Source: an uncultured Halobacteriovorax sp. (GTDB lineage Bacteria; Bdellovibrionota; Bacteriovoracia; Bacteriovoracales; Bacteriovoracaceae). Taken from it: 64,000 nucleotides of DNA. A program made the translations under genes and the position numbers. Under the pieces are notes generated by a model, which did not search any database, was not told the origin of the DNA, and saw nothing but the letters and a program-made list of their open reading frames with translations. Position 1 is the first letter of the stretch, and every line of letters begins with the position of its first letter. The stretch lies in contig CAXAXS010000007.1 in the NCBI GenBank assembly GCA_963972815.1, positions 11,675 to 75,674 on the forward strand, in the 5' to 3' direction. Shown one piece after another: positions 54,245 to 63,228 of the stretch.

Positions 54245-55570
54245 TTAAAGCTTAAACATTGAAGGAAGTGGAAGCACGAAGCCTTCACTCTTAACGTTAG
54301 ACTTAGTGTCAGTTGAAGGTACATCTTGAACGTCAGTGATCGAGTGACGAATCGCCAGATCAACATTCATTGAACGTGAAAGCTCAGCAGCGCGAACAGC
54401 ACGAGCTGTGTTCACTGTACCAGAAGTCTTAACCTTACCTACAAGCCAGTCACGAATATCAACAGTACCAAGAATGATCTTCTTGATATCACGTGGTGAA
54501 AGTGAAGTGTTGGCATCTTTAACTTGGCCAGCAACATTCGCAACGTATGGAGCCGCTTGTGATGTACCACTTACTACCAAGTACTTATTACCTGGAACAG
54601 TTGAGTCAATACCAACACCAGGAGCAGCAACGTCTACCATTTTTGCGCCGTAGTTTGAAAAGCTAGCAAGCTTATTAAACTCTAGAGCAGCTGCAACAGA
54701 AATGACGTTATCAGCTTGGATATTTGTTGGTGAAGTTGGGAACTTGTCATTGTTAAGACCATCGTTACCAGCAGCGAAAACGAACAGAGTGTTCTCTGCA
54801 GCTTGAACCATATGGTCGCCCTCTTTAATAAGAGTGTTTAGGAACTCAACAGTCAGCTCATGAATTTGCTCTTCAGTAGGTGGCTCTTTTCTCATGATTG
54901 TTCCAGCAAGCATTTCAACAATCATCTTAGCTTGTGGGTAACCCGTACCGAATGAACCGTTTGCGATATCAACTTTATGTCCGTCAATATAACGAGCAAC
55001 ATTCGTAAGCATAACCATTTGCTGAGAAGCTAGAAGCTTAAGTCCTTGCTTGATTAAGAAAAGACCAGGTCCTGATTTGTCTGCTTTGAATGGCAGCTTA
55101 ACTTCAGTTGGAATAATCTTAACGGCCATAATTTTGGCAAGATCAGAATCTTTAGCAGTGATGCCGGCAACGTGAGTTCCGTGCATGAAGTTGCCATAGA
55201 CTTGAAGAGATTTGATAAACTCTTCATCTTGAACCTTCATCTTAACCCAATCTTTTTCTTCCTGAGTAGCCGTGCCATAGAAAGACTTGGTTTGGATTTC
55301 AAAGAAACGACGAACATCAAAAGTTAGAGTACCCATGTATGAGTAGTCGATGATTTGATTGTTCGACTCAGCGAAATTCCAACCATTGATATCGTCTTGA
55401 TAACCATTGTAGTCATCATCGCGATCGTTGGCTTCAACTTCACCTTCGTTAATCCAAGCTTTATCGTAAAGCTCTTTGTGTAATAGATCAGTACCGGAAT
55501 CGATAACTGCAATCGAAGCACCATGAGCAGTGAATGCACTCATAGCGAATATAGCTAGCAACTTTTTCAT
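54245..55570 (-). CDS. secreted subtilisin-like serine protease (S8)
   Basis: 441 aa. Signal peptide MKKLLAIFAMSAFTAHG. Catalytic triad motifs VIDSGTD (Asp), HGTHVAGI (His), SGTSQAAPY (Ser). Confidence 0.85.
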   Translation of the reverse strand: MKKLLAIFAMSAFTAHGASIAVIDSGTDLLHKELYDKAWINEGEVEANDRDDDYNGYQDDINGWNFAESNNQIIDYSYMGTLTFDVRRFFEIQTKSFYGTATQEEKDWVKMKVQDEEFIKSLQVYGNFMHGTHVAGITAKDSDLAKIMAVKIIPTEVKLPFKADKSGPGLFLIKQGLKLLASQQMVMLTNVARYIDGHKVDIANGSFGTGYPQAKMIVEMLAGTIMRKEPPTEEQIHELTVEFLNTLIKEGDHMVQAAENTLFVFAAGNDGLNNDKFPTSPTNIQADNVISVAAALEFNKLASFSNYGAKMVDVAAPGVGIDSTVPGNKYLVVSGTSQAAPYVANVAGQVKDANTSLSPRDIKKIILGTVDIRDWLVGKVKTSGTVNTARAVRAAELSRSMNVDLAIRHSITDVQDVPSTDTKSNVKSEGFVLPLPSMFKL

Positions 55571-55695
55571 TAAGAACCTCCGTGTCTAAGCCACGCTAAA
55601 TAACAGAATAAGATAAGCGTTAATTAAAACGCCCAGAAGTTGAACTGTCCCGTCCAACATTCTGTCTTTTACTGTCATTTTTGAGGTTTTAAATC

Positions 55696-57201
55696 TTAAG
55701 CTAACTTTCTAACTTTACCGACATTTCCGACCAAAAAGATCAACATTAATCCCACGATCATGCCGCCGCCAAAGTTACCAGGACCACCAGTCATATCAAC
55801 ACTGCCACAGGCGCCACCACCCTCTTCGTCAGAGCGTGTAATGATTGGTGTAGGGTTTGATGTATTAAGTGGGTCACTACCAGAGAGAATAGGATCTTCA
55901 GCTATTGTGCGGGCCGCTTCTGCGACTGCTGACACGGCGAAAACAAATCCGCCACCACAACGTCCTTGGACACTGCACATACCACTCATTTGCGAACCGC
56001 TGGCGCGCAAAATTCTCTCAACTTGGTGGGCCGCAATATCAGTATTCACACTTTTCATTAAAGAAACGATGCCAGCGATATGTGGCGCCGCCATAGAAGT
56101 ACCGCTCATCTCAGTCACTGTATCTGAGCCTGGAGATGTGCGACCTGTATTTCCAAGCGAGACAACACCATTTGGTGATTGTCCGCCGGGTGCCACGATA
56201 TCAACAGCGCTGCCATGATTTGAAAACCATGAGAGTGCACGTGACTTATTAGAAGCACCAACTGTTACAACATTATTACAAGTTGCTGGTGTCACTGGAT
56301 TTTGATCGATGTCTTGTGCACTATTACCGGCGGCCACTACAACAACGGCACCTTGAGTGACGGCGTAATCAATCGCCGCTTGCATGGTGAAGTCGCATCT
56401 GCCAGAACCACCAAGACTTAGGTTAATAACTTTTGCTGGATTAGGATTGGGACGAAGACCATTAACGATGCCTTGTGGTCCACCTGCGGCCCAACGAATG
56501 CCATCGGCGATATCAGAAGTGTAGCCACCACATTTACCAAGCACGCGAATTGGCAAAAGTTTGGCGCGAGGATTGATACCCGCAACATCTTTACCATTAT
56601 CTGTTTCGGCTAAAATTGTTCCGGCCACGTGAGTGCCGTGCCAAGAGGAATTACTTGATTGACCTTGGTAACAAGGATCACCCGGAGCAATCCAATCACC
56701 CGGATCGCTAGCATCGCGATCGCGCCCATCACCATCATTAGACATTGATGTATCGCTAATAAGGTCGGCCCCTTGAAGAATGCGGCCACCAAAGTCGCGA
56801 TGGTCACGAATACCTGTATCAACAACAGCGACGACGATGTCTTCGCCTTCGCTTTCTGTCCACACTGTATTGAGATCAATTCCAGAGAAGTTATCAAAGA
56901 AGTGCCATTGATCATCAGCGCGAGGATCATTGACGCTTGGATTAGTCATACCAAAATGCGAGAGAACTCTATCCTCTTCAACAATGGCCACGTCGGCCCA
57001 TTGCTTTTTGGCCTCTTCGACCGACTCACCTTCTTTTAGTTCGACAATCATGCGGCCGCTATCAGGGGCGCTTCGACCTGAACTTCTGCCTAAGAATTTA
57101 CCATCCTGGTCTTTCTTAAAATTGACGATCAAACGCTTGGGCATTTGCGCCGACAGAGTAAGGGGAAATAAAAGAATGAGTACTAATAAGCGTGTGACCA
57201 T
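55696..57201 (-). CDS. secreted subtilisin-like serine protease (S8) with C-terminal GlyGly-CTERM-like sorting tail
   Basis: The ATG at 57201 follows AAGGAAGGA (the ORF track starts at a TTG at 57243). Signal peptide MVTRLLVLILLFPLTLSA. VVDTGI, HGTHVAGT, SGTSMAAPH. The last 41 aa are GGGACGSVDMTGGPGNFGGG-MIVGLMLIFLVG-NVGKVRKLA. Confidence 0.85.
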   Translation of the reverse strand: MVTRLLVLILLFPLTLSAQMPKRLIVNFKKDQDGKFLGRSSGRSAPDSGRMIVELKEGESVEEAKKQWADVAIVEEDRVLSHFGMTNPSVNDPRADDQWHFFDNFSGIDLNTVWTESEGEDIVVAVVDTGIRDHRDFGGRILQGADLISDTSMSNDGDGRDRDASDPGDWIAPGDPCYQGQSSNSSWHGTHVAGTILAETDNGKDVAGINPRAKLLPIRVLGKCGGYTSDIADGIRWAAGGPQGIVNGLRPNPNPAKVINLSLGGSGRCDFTMQAAIDYAVTQGAVVVVAAGNSAQDIDQNPVTPATCNNVVTVGASNKSRALSWFSNHGSAVDIVAPGGQSPNGVVSLGNTGRTSPGSDTVTEMSGTSMAAPHIAGIVSLMKSVNTDIAAHQVERILRASGSQMSGMCSVQGRCGGGFVFAVSAVAEAARTIAEDPILSGSDPLNTSNPTPIITRSDEEGGGACGSVDMTGGPGNFGGGMIVGLMLIFLVGNVGKVRKLA

Positions 57202-57312
57202 TTTTCCTTCCTTGGAGAGGTCTATCGCTATTGTAACTTTCAAATCCCGGGCCAGCGTCCCAGCACATTATTCCGGTGTATTAGACGGTTATACTCGGGG
57301 GCAAATTGACCT

Positions 57313-57346
57313 TAAAAACGCAAAATGGCCCCTATATAGGGGCCAT
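57313..57346 (-). terminator. rho-independent terminator downstream of the S1 protease gene
   Basis: 9-bp stem atggcccct / aggggccat with loop atat. On the minus strand it is followed by ttttgcgttttt. Lies 38 nt past the stop at 57384. Confidence 0.7.
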
Positions 57347-57383
57347 CTTATTGAATCTTTGAATTTTATTTTGCAGCGTGTAA

Positions 57384-58289
57384 TTATTTAGTTTCTTCCG
57401 CTGGAACGTTACCACCAAGGATATCCATTAGGGCTTGGATATTAGTGATACGTGTGACGTCTTCGCCGCGACAACCTTCGTCAGTGCAATGATTAGAAAC
57501 ACGACAACCTTGACCATAGTCGTAGTTATAATCGTTCTCGCCGCGAACTAGGATCCCTTCAACCACACCAGTTTCTGCGTTAAATACTGCTGAACCAGAG
57601 TTACCACCGTAAGTATCTAGGTTAGCAATGAAGAAAACTGAGCTGTCGTTACTGCGAACGTTAGCGCCAGCAGCAACTTTAGTTGGAAGACCAGTTGGGT
57701 GACCAATCACAACGATTGGAGTCTTATCTTCGATTTTACCAGTTGTACGAACAGTAAGTGGCGTACGATCAGTCACCTTGCGATCAAGACGGATAAGAGC
57801 GAAGTCATCCTGGCTTGAGCGATCAAGTGATTGAGAGATAATTTTGCTACAGCCATAAACATTTGAAGCGTCAACAGTCATAGCTGCTTCAGTGTTGGCA
57901 TCATTATTAGCGTAACCGAATACCCATTTGTTTGAAGCACAGTCATCAGCTGAAGTCATACAGTGACCAGCCGTTACGAGAAGGTCTTCACCAACTAGAA
58001 AACCTGAACAGTTAGCAGCTGTCATTTGCTCAGAAAAACGCTCAGACTCACACATGCCGCGCTCTTTAAGAGATGGGCCTGTAATAGTAGCAAGATCGCC
58101 TTCGATAGTGATTTTTGAAGAATCGATCATACCAGCTGTTGATTTAGCAAGTTCAAGGTGAAGTGTATTTGTAACTTCATAAAGATCTAAACGGTCATCG
58201 GCACCGTAAATGACTTTATTATTTGTATCGCGAGCAAAGCTCAAAGTTGAAAGAGCTGCAAGTGCGATGATCATCCCTAATTTGTACAT
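57384..58289 (-). CDS. secreted trypsin-like serine protease (S1 family)
   Basis: The ATG at 58289 follows AGGA (the ORF track starts at a TTG at 58355 with no SD). Signal peptide MYKLGMIIALAALSTLSFA. His motif LVTAGHC, an Asp in DFALIRL, and Ser motif GGNSGSAVF. Confidence 0.8.
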   Translation of the reverse strand: MYKLGMIIALAALSTLSFARDTNNKVIYGADDRLDLYEVTNTLHLELAKSTAGMIDSSKITIEGDLATITGPSLKERGMCESERFSEQMTAANCSGFLVGEDLLVTAGHCMTSADDCASNKWVFGYANNDANTEAAMTVDASNVYGCSKIISQSLDRSSQDDFALIRLDRKVTDRTPLTVRTTGKIEDKTPIVVIGHPTGLPTKVAAGANVRSNDSSVFFIANLDTYGGNSGSAVFNAETGVVEGILVRGENDYNYDYGQGCRVSNHCTDEGCRGEDVTRITNIQALMDILGGNVPAEETK

Positions 58290-58366
58290 ACGTCGTTTTC
58301 CTAGAAATAGTTGACTCAAAGATGACATTAAAGAATGCCCGAGCTTGTTCTTCAACTAACAAGTTC

Positions 58367-59650
58367 TTACAAATTAGCGTGATATCCGTTTAGAAACACT
58401 GCCTCTAGGCTTGACTTAAAGCGGTGACCATCAAAGGGAGACCAACCAACTTTTGTTTTAACGCTATTATTACTTATAGTTATGGGTTTATTTTTGTGAA
58501 GCACTGTAAATGACGCACTATACCCCTTTGCTAACTCTCCGTAGCCATGACCTAGTGCATTTAAACTTGGAAACCATAGCTTCCATGTCTCTAAAAACTT
58601 TGCAGTAAATTGACCTGGATTACGACTACATGCGCTGGCCAAGATCTTGGGATCAACTCCAACTTCCTGCCAAAGCCAGCCAACCAAGGTGGCATAGGTA
58701 TCAAGTCCTGGCATACCGGAAGTACCATTGAGTTTTTCTTCTTTCGTGTGAGGCGCGTGATCTGTGGCCAAGTATTCAATCTCACCCTTAGTAAAAGCAT
58801 CGAGTAGTGCATCTTGATCAGCACTTGGACGAATGGGTGGATTCATTTGATACCAATATTCATTGCCCTTAGGCAGAGTACTGGAATTGAAATAAAGATG
58901 TTGAGGCGTAACCTCTATCTCAACTTTTCCGCCACTTTTCCTAAAAGCACGAACGGCCTGCAGTCCCTCACCACTACTGTAATGACAAAGTTTACCTTTA
59001 AGGTCGTAGCGCTTAATTAACTCCAGTGCTTGATGAGTTGCTAAAACTTCAGCTTCAACGGGACGACGCTCGCCGTGAGTTGGCGCATTCTTATACTGCT
59101 CGAGTACGTCAGGGTCTTCACAGTGAAAACTCACGTCACAATTTTTATAGCGCTCGAGCGCCAGATCAAGTGATTGATGATCTTTAAAAAACAAATCCCC
59201 TACTGATGGCCCCATATAGGCTTTATAGGGAACGCGTTTTGAAAGCGGATTAGTGAGCGGCCCGATACCGGCGTACATGAAAAGGCTGATGTCACTTTTA
59301 AGTGCCAATTGCATCTTGGCTTTATAAGAATCATCATCAATCGGAGCTGTTGGGTTATTGGGCATATCACAACAATGAACCACGCCACCATTTAGTGCAG
59401 CGGCACTGGCGGTTTGAAAAGTTTCTTTATATTTGTTTTTGCCCGAGACATCTTCTCTGGCGTGAATATGTACATCACCCATACCAGCAAAGAGTAAGCA
59501 ATCATCCGAGTAGATATAATCAAGTTTAGACGAGGCAATGCCCAGTTGCCCGACATCGACGATTAAGCCAGTCTTTTCATCCCACACAATCTGCTGGCGC
59601 TTAATATCATCGGGGGTGGCACATACGGCCTCAAGAGATTTGATCGTCAT
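58367..59650 (-). CDS. pyrC: dihydroorotase (amidohydrolase superfamily, class I-like)
   Basis: The ATG at 59650 forms an ATGA overlap with the upstream stop. DVHIHARE (HxH), KAYMG (candidate carboxylated Lys), FHCED, NPPIRP, ATDHAPH. Confidence 0.7.
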   Translation of the reverse strand: MTIKSLEAVCATPDDIKRQQIVWDEKTGLIVDVGQLGIASSKLDYIYSDDCLLFAGMGDVHIHAREDVSGKNKYKETFQTASAAALNGGVVHCCDMPNNPTAPIDDDSYKAKMQLALKSDISLFMYAGIGPLTNPLSKRVPYKAYMGPSVGDLFFKDHQSLDLALERYKNCDVSFHCEDPDVLEQYKNAPTHGERRPVEAEVLATHQALELIKRYDLKGKLCHYSSGEGLQAVRAFRKSGGKVEIEVTPQHLYFNSSTLPKGNEYWYQMNPPIRPSADQDALLDAFTKGEIEYLATDHAPHTKEEKLNGTSGMPGLDTYATLVGWLWQEVGVDPKILASACSRNPGQFTAKFLETWKLWFPSLNALGHGYGELAKGYSASFTVLHKNKPITISNNSVKTKVGWSPFDGHRFKSSLEAVFLNGYHANL

Positions 59651-60015
59651 GCTTCTCCCTGCCAAACAAAGCGCCAACAACGCCCATCGATATCAATAGC
59701 TTCAAACTGGTGGCGCCCATCTTTTTCATGGGGAGCAACTGCACCTTGGACTGGATTATCGATATGGCGATAAAGAGTGAATTGATATTTTTGCCACAGC
59801 TCAGCCAGCTCATTATAAGAGTCGACTTGGAATTCGAGACTGGTACTCGCTCCTTGATCAACCTTCTCGTCGTCTACCACATAGAGTTCGAGTGGACCGA
59901 AGTTCATCAGATAATTCGTTTTATGTTCTATCACTTCGAGATCTAAGAACTCGGAGAGAAAGCCTACTAATTGTCGCGGTTTCGATGTTGGAAGAACAAT
60001 GCGAGTTAACTTCAT
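59647..60015 (-). CDS. small glyoxalase/VOC-like protein (tentative)
   Basis: 122 aa. The beta-alpha-beta-beta-beta-like pattern starting MKLTRIVLPTSKPRQLVGFLSEFLDLEV resembles VOC-fold proteins. ATGA overlaps at both ends. Confidence 0.4.
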   Translation of the reverse strand: MKLTRIVLPTSKPRQLVGFLSEFLDLEVIEHKTNYLMNFGPLELYVVDDEKVDQGASTSLEFQVDSYNELAELWQKYQFTLYRHIDNPVQGAVAPHEKDGRHQFEAIDIDGRCWRFVWQGEA

Positions 60016-60386
60016 AAGCTTTTTGTAACAATTGGCTCTTTGTAGAGATCTTGGGTTACTAAGAAAACGTTAACCATACAATTATCATCGAGTTCAACCC
60101 CATACTCATACTCTTCAGTGGTATGGGCCAAAAGCTCAAGCTCAGTTGAACGACCAAGATCAGTGCATGATTCTTGTTCAAAAATATAAAGCCAAGCATT
60201 GAGAACAAGTTTCATGCTCTCAACGAATCTGAGCTTTGTACCTGCTGGCAATACATAGGGAGCACCATCAGTTGCGATGAGATCGATTTTTTGATTCAGT
60301 TCAACGCTATGATCAACTTCAAGGTCTAACCAAGAAGCGCCAGTTAAAAAAGTAAAGGCCAATGTCGCGATTAATAATTTTTTCAT
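60012..60386 (-). CDS. hypothetical secreted protein
   Basis: The ATG at 60386 (MKKLLIATLAFTFLTGASW) forms an ATGA overlap with the folP stop. The ORF-track start at 60482 lies inside folP. Confidence 0.5.
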   Translation of the reverse strand: MKKLLIATLAFTFLTGASWLDLEVDHSVELNQKIDLIATDGAPYVLPAGTKLRFVESMKLVLNAWLYIFEQESCTDLGRSTELELLAHTTEEYEYGVELDDNCMVNVFLVTQDLYKEPIVTKSL

Positions 60387-61234
60387 AAGAACTCTCCTAC
60401 TGTAGCAAACGTATGGGCCAAGGCCGGATCGTGCAAACGTACAAGCACATTCGTTTGCGGAGCAAGATTGTGCTGTAACCAAGTGAGGTATTTGATCTGC
60501 ATATATTCTGTCTGCTCTTTGACCCCTAGGTCAACTTTAGCGCTGGCCAATTGTTTAAGAAAAGACTTTCGAGAAATTGCAACAATCCACTTTTGGCGGC
60601 CAAAGCTGGCTTCAAAATGACTAATAAATTTAGGTAGCAATTTTAAAAGCTGCCAATTTTGCTCAAACGTCTTGGAAAAGCCAAAACAGAAATCAAAATA
60701 GGGCTGAGTCAGGTCATGTTCCTCATACCAAGCATGGGCCGAAGCAAAGCATTCGAAAAGATTCTGATAGATATCATTTTGAGTGACATAGTCCATGTGC
60801 CTTGAAGTCAGCGCTCTGTTTGGAGCAAGGTTGTGACAAAAGACACTCTCTAGGTTTGGATGACTCTTAAGCACAGTTTCTAGCTCTTGATCGAGTTGAC
60901 CCGAGACATCATTCCAAAGAGAAATCTGTTTGAGGCCCAAGGCTTTTATGATGGTTTCACTTTTATAAGTATCAACTGAGATAGGAATATTTTCGTCAAT
61001 GAGTTCAAGCGCAGGCTTTAAGCGCAGCCATTCAAGCTCACTACTAATAGGTTGGTTCATGGGTGCGGTTGATTCTGCGCCTAGGTCGATAAAGTTCGCT
61101 TGAACTTCTCTCCACTGTTTCACGCGCGCAGCTAGATTTTCTCGTTGGAGGAGCTCTCCCCCATCCGAAAAAGAATCGGGGGTCATATTTAAGACCCCCA
61201 TAAACTTGAAACTATTTTTTGATACAGAGTTCAT
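60383..61234 (-). CDS. folP: dihydropteroate synthase
   Basis: 283 aa. GVLNMTPDSFSDGG and IDLGAESTAP motifs. TAATG junction with ftsH. Confidence 0.85.
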   Translation of the reverse strand: MNSVSKNSFKFMGVLNMTPDSFSDGGELLQRENLAARVKQWREVQANFIDLGAESTAPMNQPISSELEWLRLKPALELIDENIPISVDTYKSETIIKALGLKQISLWNDVSGQLDQELETVLKSHPNLESVFCHNLAPNRALTSRHMDYVTQNDIYQNLFECFASAHAWYEEHDLTQPYFDFCFGFSKTFEQNWQLLKLLPKFISHFEASFGRQKWIVAISRKSFLKQLASAKVDLGVKEQTEYMQIKYLTWLQHNLAPQTNVLVRLHDPALAHTFATVGEFL

Positions 61235-63138
61235 TAAGCTGGAACTGGATCATCTCCGCCAACAATTGGCGTTTCAGCCTGGGCCTTGGCCAGGGCTTCA
61301 GCTTTTTTCTTATCTGTAATAGGTACACCGATATCTTTGCCTGCAACCAAATCTTTGATCTGGTTAATATCAAGTGTTTCCCAAATCATCAGACCTTCGG
61401 CCACGCGATCAAGAGCTTCACGATTCGCTTTTAGAATATTAAGAGCAATCTCGTGATTCTTATTCACAAAACGCTGAATCTCTTCATCAATCGCTTCAGC
61501 GGTGCGCTCTGAGTAACCAGAAAAATCTTCCGGAGCATAGCTTGTGCCAAATGGATTGGTGCTGGCTTTATGGTAGTTGATTGGTCCCATCTTTTCAGAC
61601 ATACCCCAGTTACAAACCATATTGCGCGCTAGTGAAGTCGCTCTTTCAATATCATTAGAAGCACCGTTGGTAATATCACCAAACACAAGCTCTTCGGCAC
61701 AACGTCCACCCATCAAGAAAGCAATGAAGTTCTCAGCGCGCTCATTGGTGAGGTTGAGCATATCTTCGCTAGGTAGAGTTTGCGTAACACCAAGAGCTCC
61801 ACCACGAGGCATAATCGATACTTTATGAATCGGATCAGTGTGTGGAAGGTTCATTCCAACCAGCGTGTGACCGGCTTCATGGAAAGCGGTAACGCGTTTT
61901 TCTTTATCAGAGATAACCATCGACTTACGTTCTGGCCCCATAAGGACTTTGTCTTTGGCCGATTCAAAGTCAGAATTATCGAGCTTTTTCTTATTCAGAC
62001 GAGCAGCATTGAGGGCCGCTTCATTCACGAGATTAGCAAGATCAGCACCAGTGAAGCCTGGTGTTCCACGAGCGATGGCCTCAAGGTTCACCCCTTCAGC
62101 AAGCGGAGTTTTCTTCGTGTGAACTTTAAGAATTCCAAGACGACCGCGAACATCGGGAGAGCCGACCATTACGCGACGATCAAAGCGGCCAGGGCGAAGA
62201 AGTGCGCGATCGAGCACATCGATACGGTTAGTAGCAGCGATTAAGATCACGCCATCATTGGCTTCAAAACCATCCATCTCAACCAGAAGTTGGTTAAGCG
62301 TTTGTTCACGCTCATCGTGTCCGCCACCCATACCGGCGCCACGGTGGCGACCAACGGCATCGATCTCATCGATAAAGATGATACATGGAGCATGTTTTTT
62401 ACCTTGCTCGAAAAGATCGCGAACTCGGCTGGCACCAACACCGACAAACATTTCAACGAAGTCTGAACCAGAGATACTGAAAAATGGAACATCGGCTTCG
62501 CCGGCAACGGCGCGGGCAAGAAGTGTTTTACCAGTTCCCGGAGGACCAACAAGGATCACGCCTTTTGGAATTTTTCCGCCAAGCGCCGTGTATTTTTTTG
62601 GATCTTTAAGAAAGTCGACAACTTCTGCCAGCTCTTCTTTAGCCTCTTCAACACCTGAAACATCGCCAAAAGTAACTTTCTTATCATTAGGAGTCAGCAT
62701 GCGAGCTTTAGACTTACCAAAGCTCATGGCTTTGCCACCACCGGCTTGAAGCTGACGTAGGAAGAAGTAAAAGATCACAATGAGAAGAATCATTGGGCCC
62801 CAGTTAAGCAGCAATGATGTAAAGAATGTTTGCTTTTCTTCTTCTTCGTACTCTGGAGTTAGACCATTTTTTCTTAATAGATTGAAAGTGACGTCACCGG
62901 TATTACCTGTCAGCTTAAAGCGATCTTTACCGCCGACATTTTCAGTATAGGTTCCGATAATTGTATTTTTACCCTTGAAAGTGACATCTCTTACTTTGCC
63001 TGATTCAACTGCTGTGATGAAATCGGGGTAAGTGACTTTTTTATAATCATCGCCGGTTTCGCGCGTGACTTTTGCGAGTAGGGCCATCATCAAGATGACG
63101 ACGAGCCAAAATGTTAGAGTCTTTTGTTGTGGTTTCAT
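61234..63138 (-). CDS. ftsH: ATP-dependent zinc metalloprotease FtsH
   Basis: 634 aa. Two N-terminal TM helices, Walker A GPPGTGKT, Walker [12 protein letters not shown] region, and Zn motif HEAGH. Confidence 0.95.
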   Translation of the reverse strand: MKPQQKTLTFWLVVILMMALLAKVTRETGDDYKKVTYPDFITAVESGKVRDVTFKGKNTIIGTYTENVGGKDRFKLTGNTGDVTFNLLRKNGLTPEYEEEEKQTFFTSLLLNWGPMILLIVIFYFFLRQLQAGGGKAMSFGKSKARMLTPNDKKVTFGDVSGVEEAKEELAEVVDFLKDPKKYTALGGKIPKGVILVGPPGTGKTLLARAVAGEADVPFFSISGSDFVEMFVGVGASRVRDLFEQGKKHAPCIIFIDEIDAVGRHRGAGMGGGHDEREQTLNQLLVEMDGFEANDGVILIAATNRIDVLDRALLRPGRFDRRVMVGSPDVRGRLGILKVHTKKTPLAEGVNLEAIARGTPGFTGADLANLVNEAALNAARLNKKKLDNSDFESAKDKVLMGPERKSMVISDKEKRVTAFHEAGHTLVGMNLPHTDPIHKVSIMPRGGALGVTQTLPSEDMLNLTNERAENFIAFLMGGRCAEELVFGDITNGASNDIERATSLARNMVCNWGMSEKMGPINYHKASTNPFGTSYAPEDFSGYSERTAEAIDEEIQRFVNKNHEIALNILKANREALDRVAEGLMIWETLDINQIKDLVAGKDIGVPITDKKKAEALAKAQAETPIVGGDDPVPA

Positions 63139-63228
63139 TCTTCTTCCTTAAGAGCTGCTCTTTCTCAAACCTTGAGAAAAACTAGTGATTTATTGTACGA
63201 AGAGGCCGCCAAAGAAGCAACAAAAGGC

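Noticed and set aside
61577-62749. Several plus-strand ORFs (83-163 aa) inside ftsH
   Set aside because: They are antisense to an unambiguous, full-length FtsH gene. Similar shadow ORFs occur inside the S8 genes (55760-56218, 56773-57391), asnB (46909-47328) and the liv genes.
63161-63179. 8-bp hairpin tttctcaa-acc-ttgagaaa in the tilS-ftsH spacer
   Set aside because: It could be a leader structure or a weak tilS terminator. There is no T tract on the minus strand and nothing distinguishes it from chance in AT-rich DNA.
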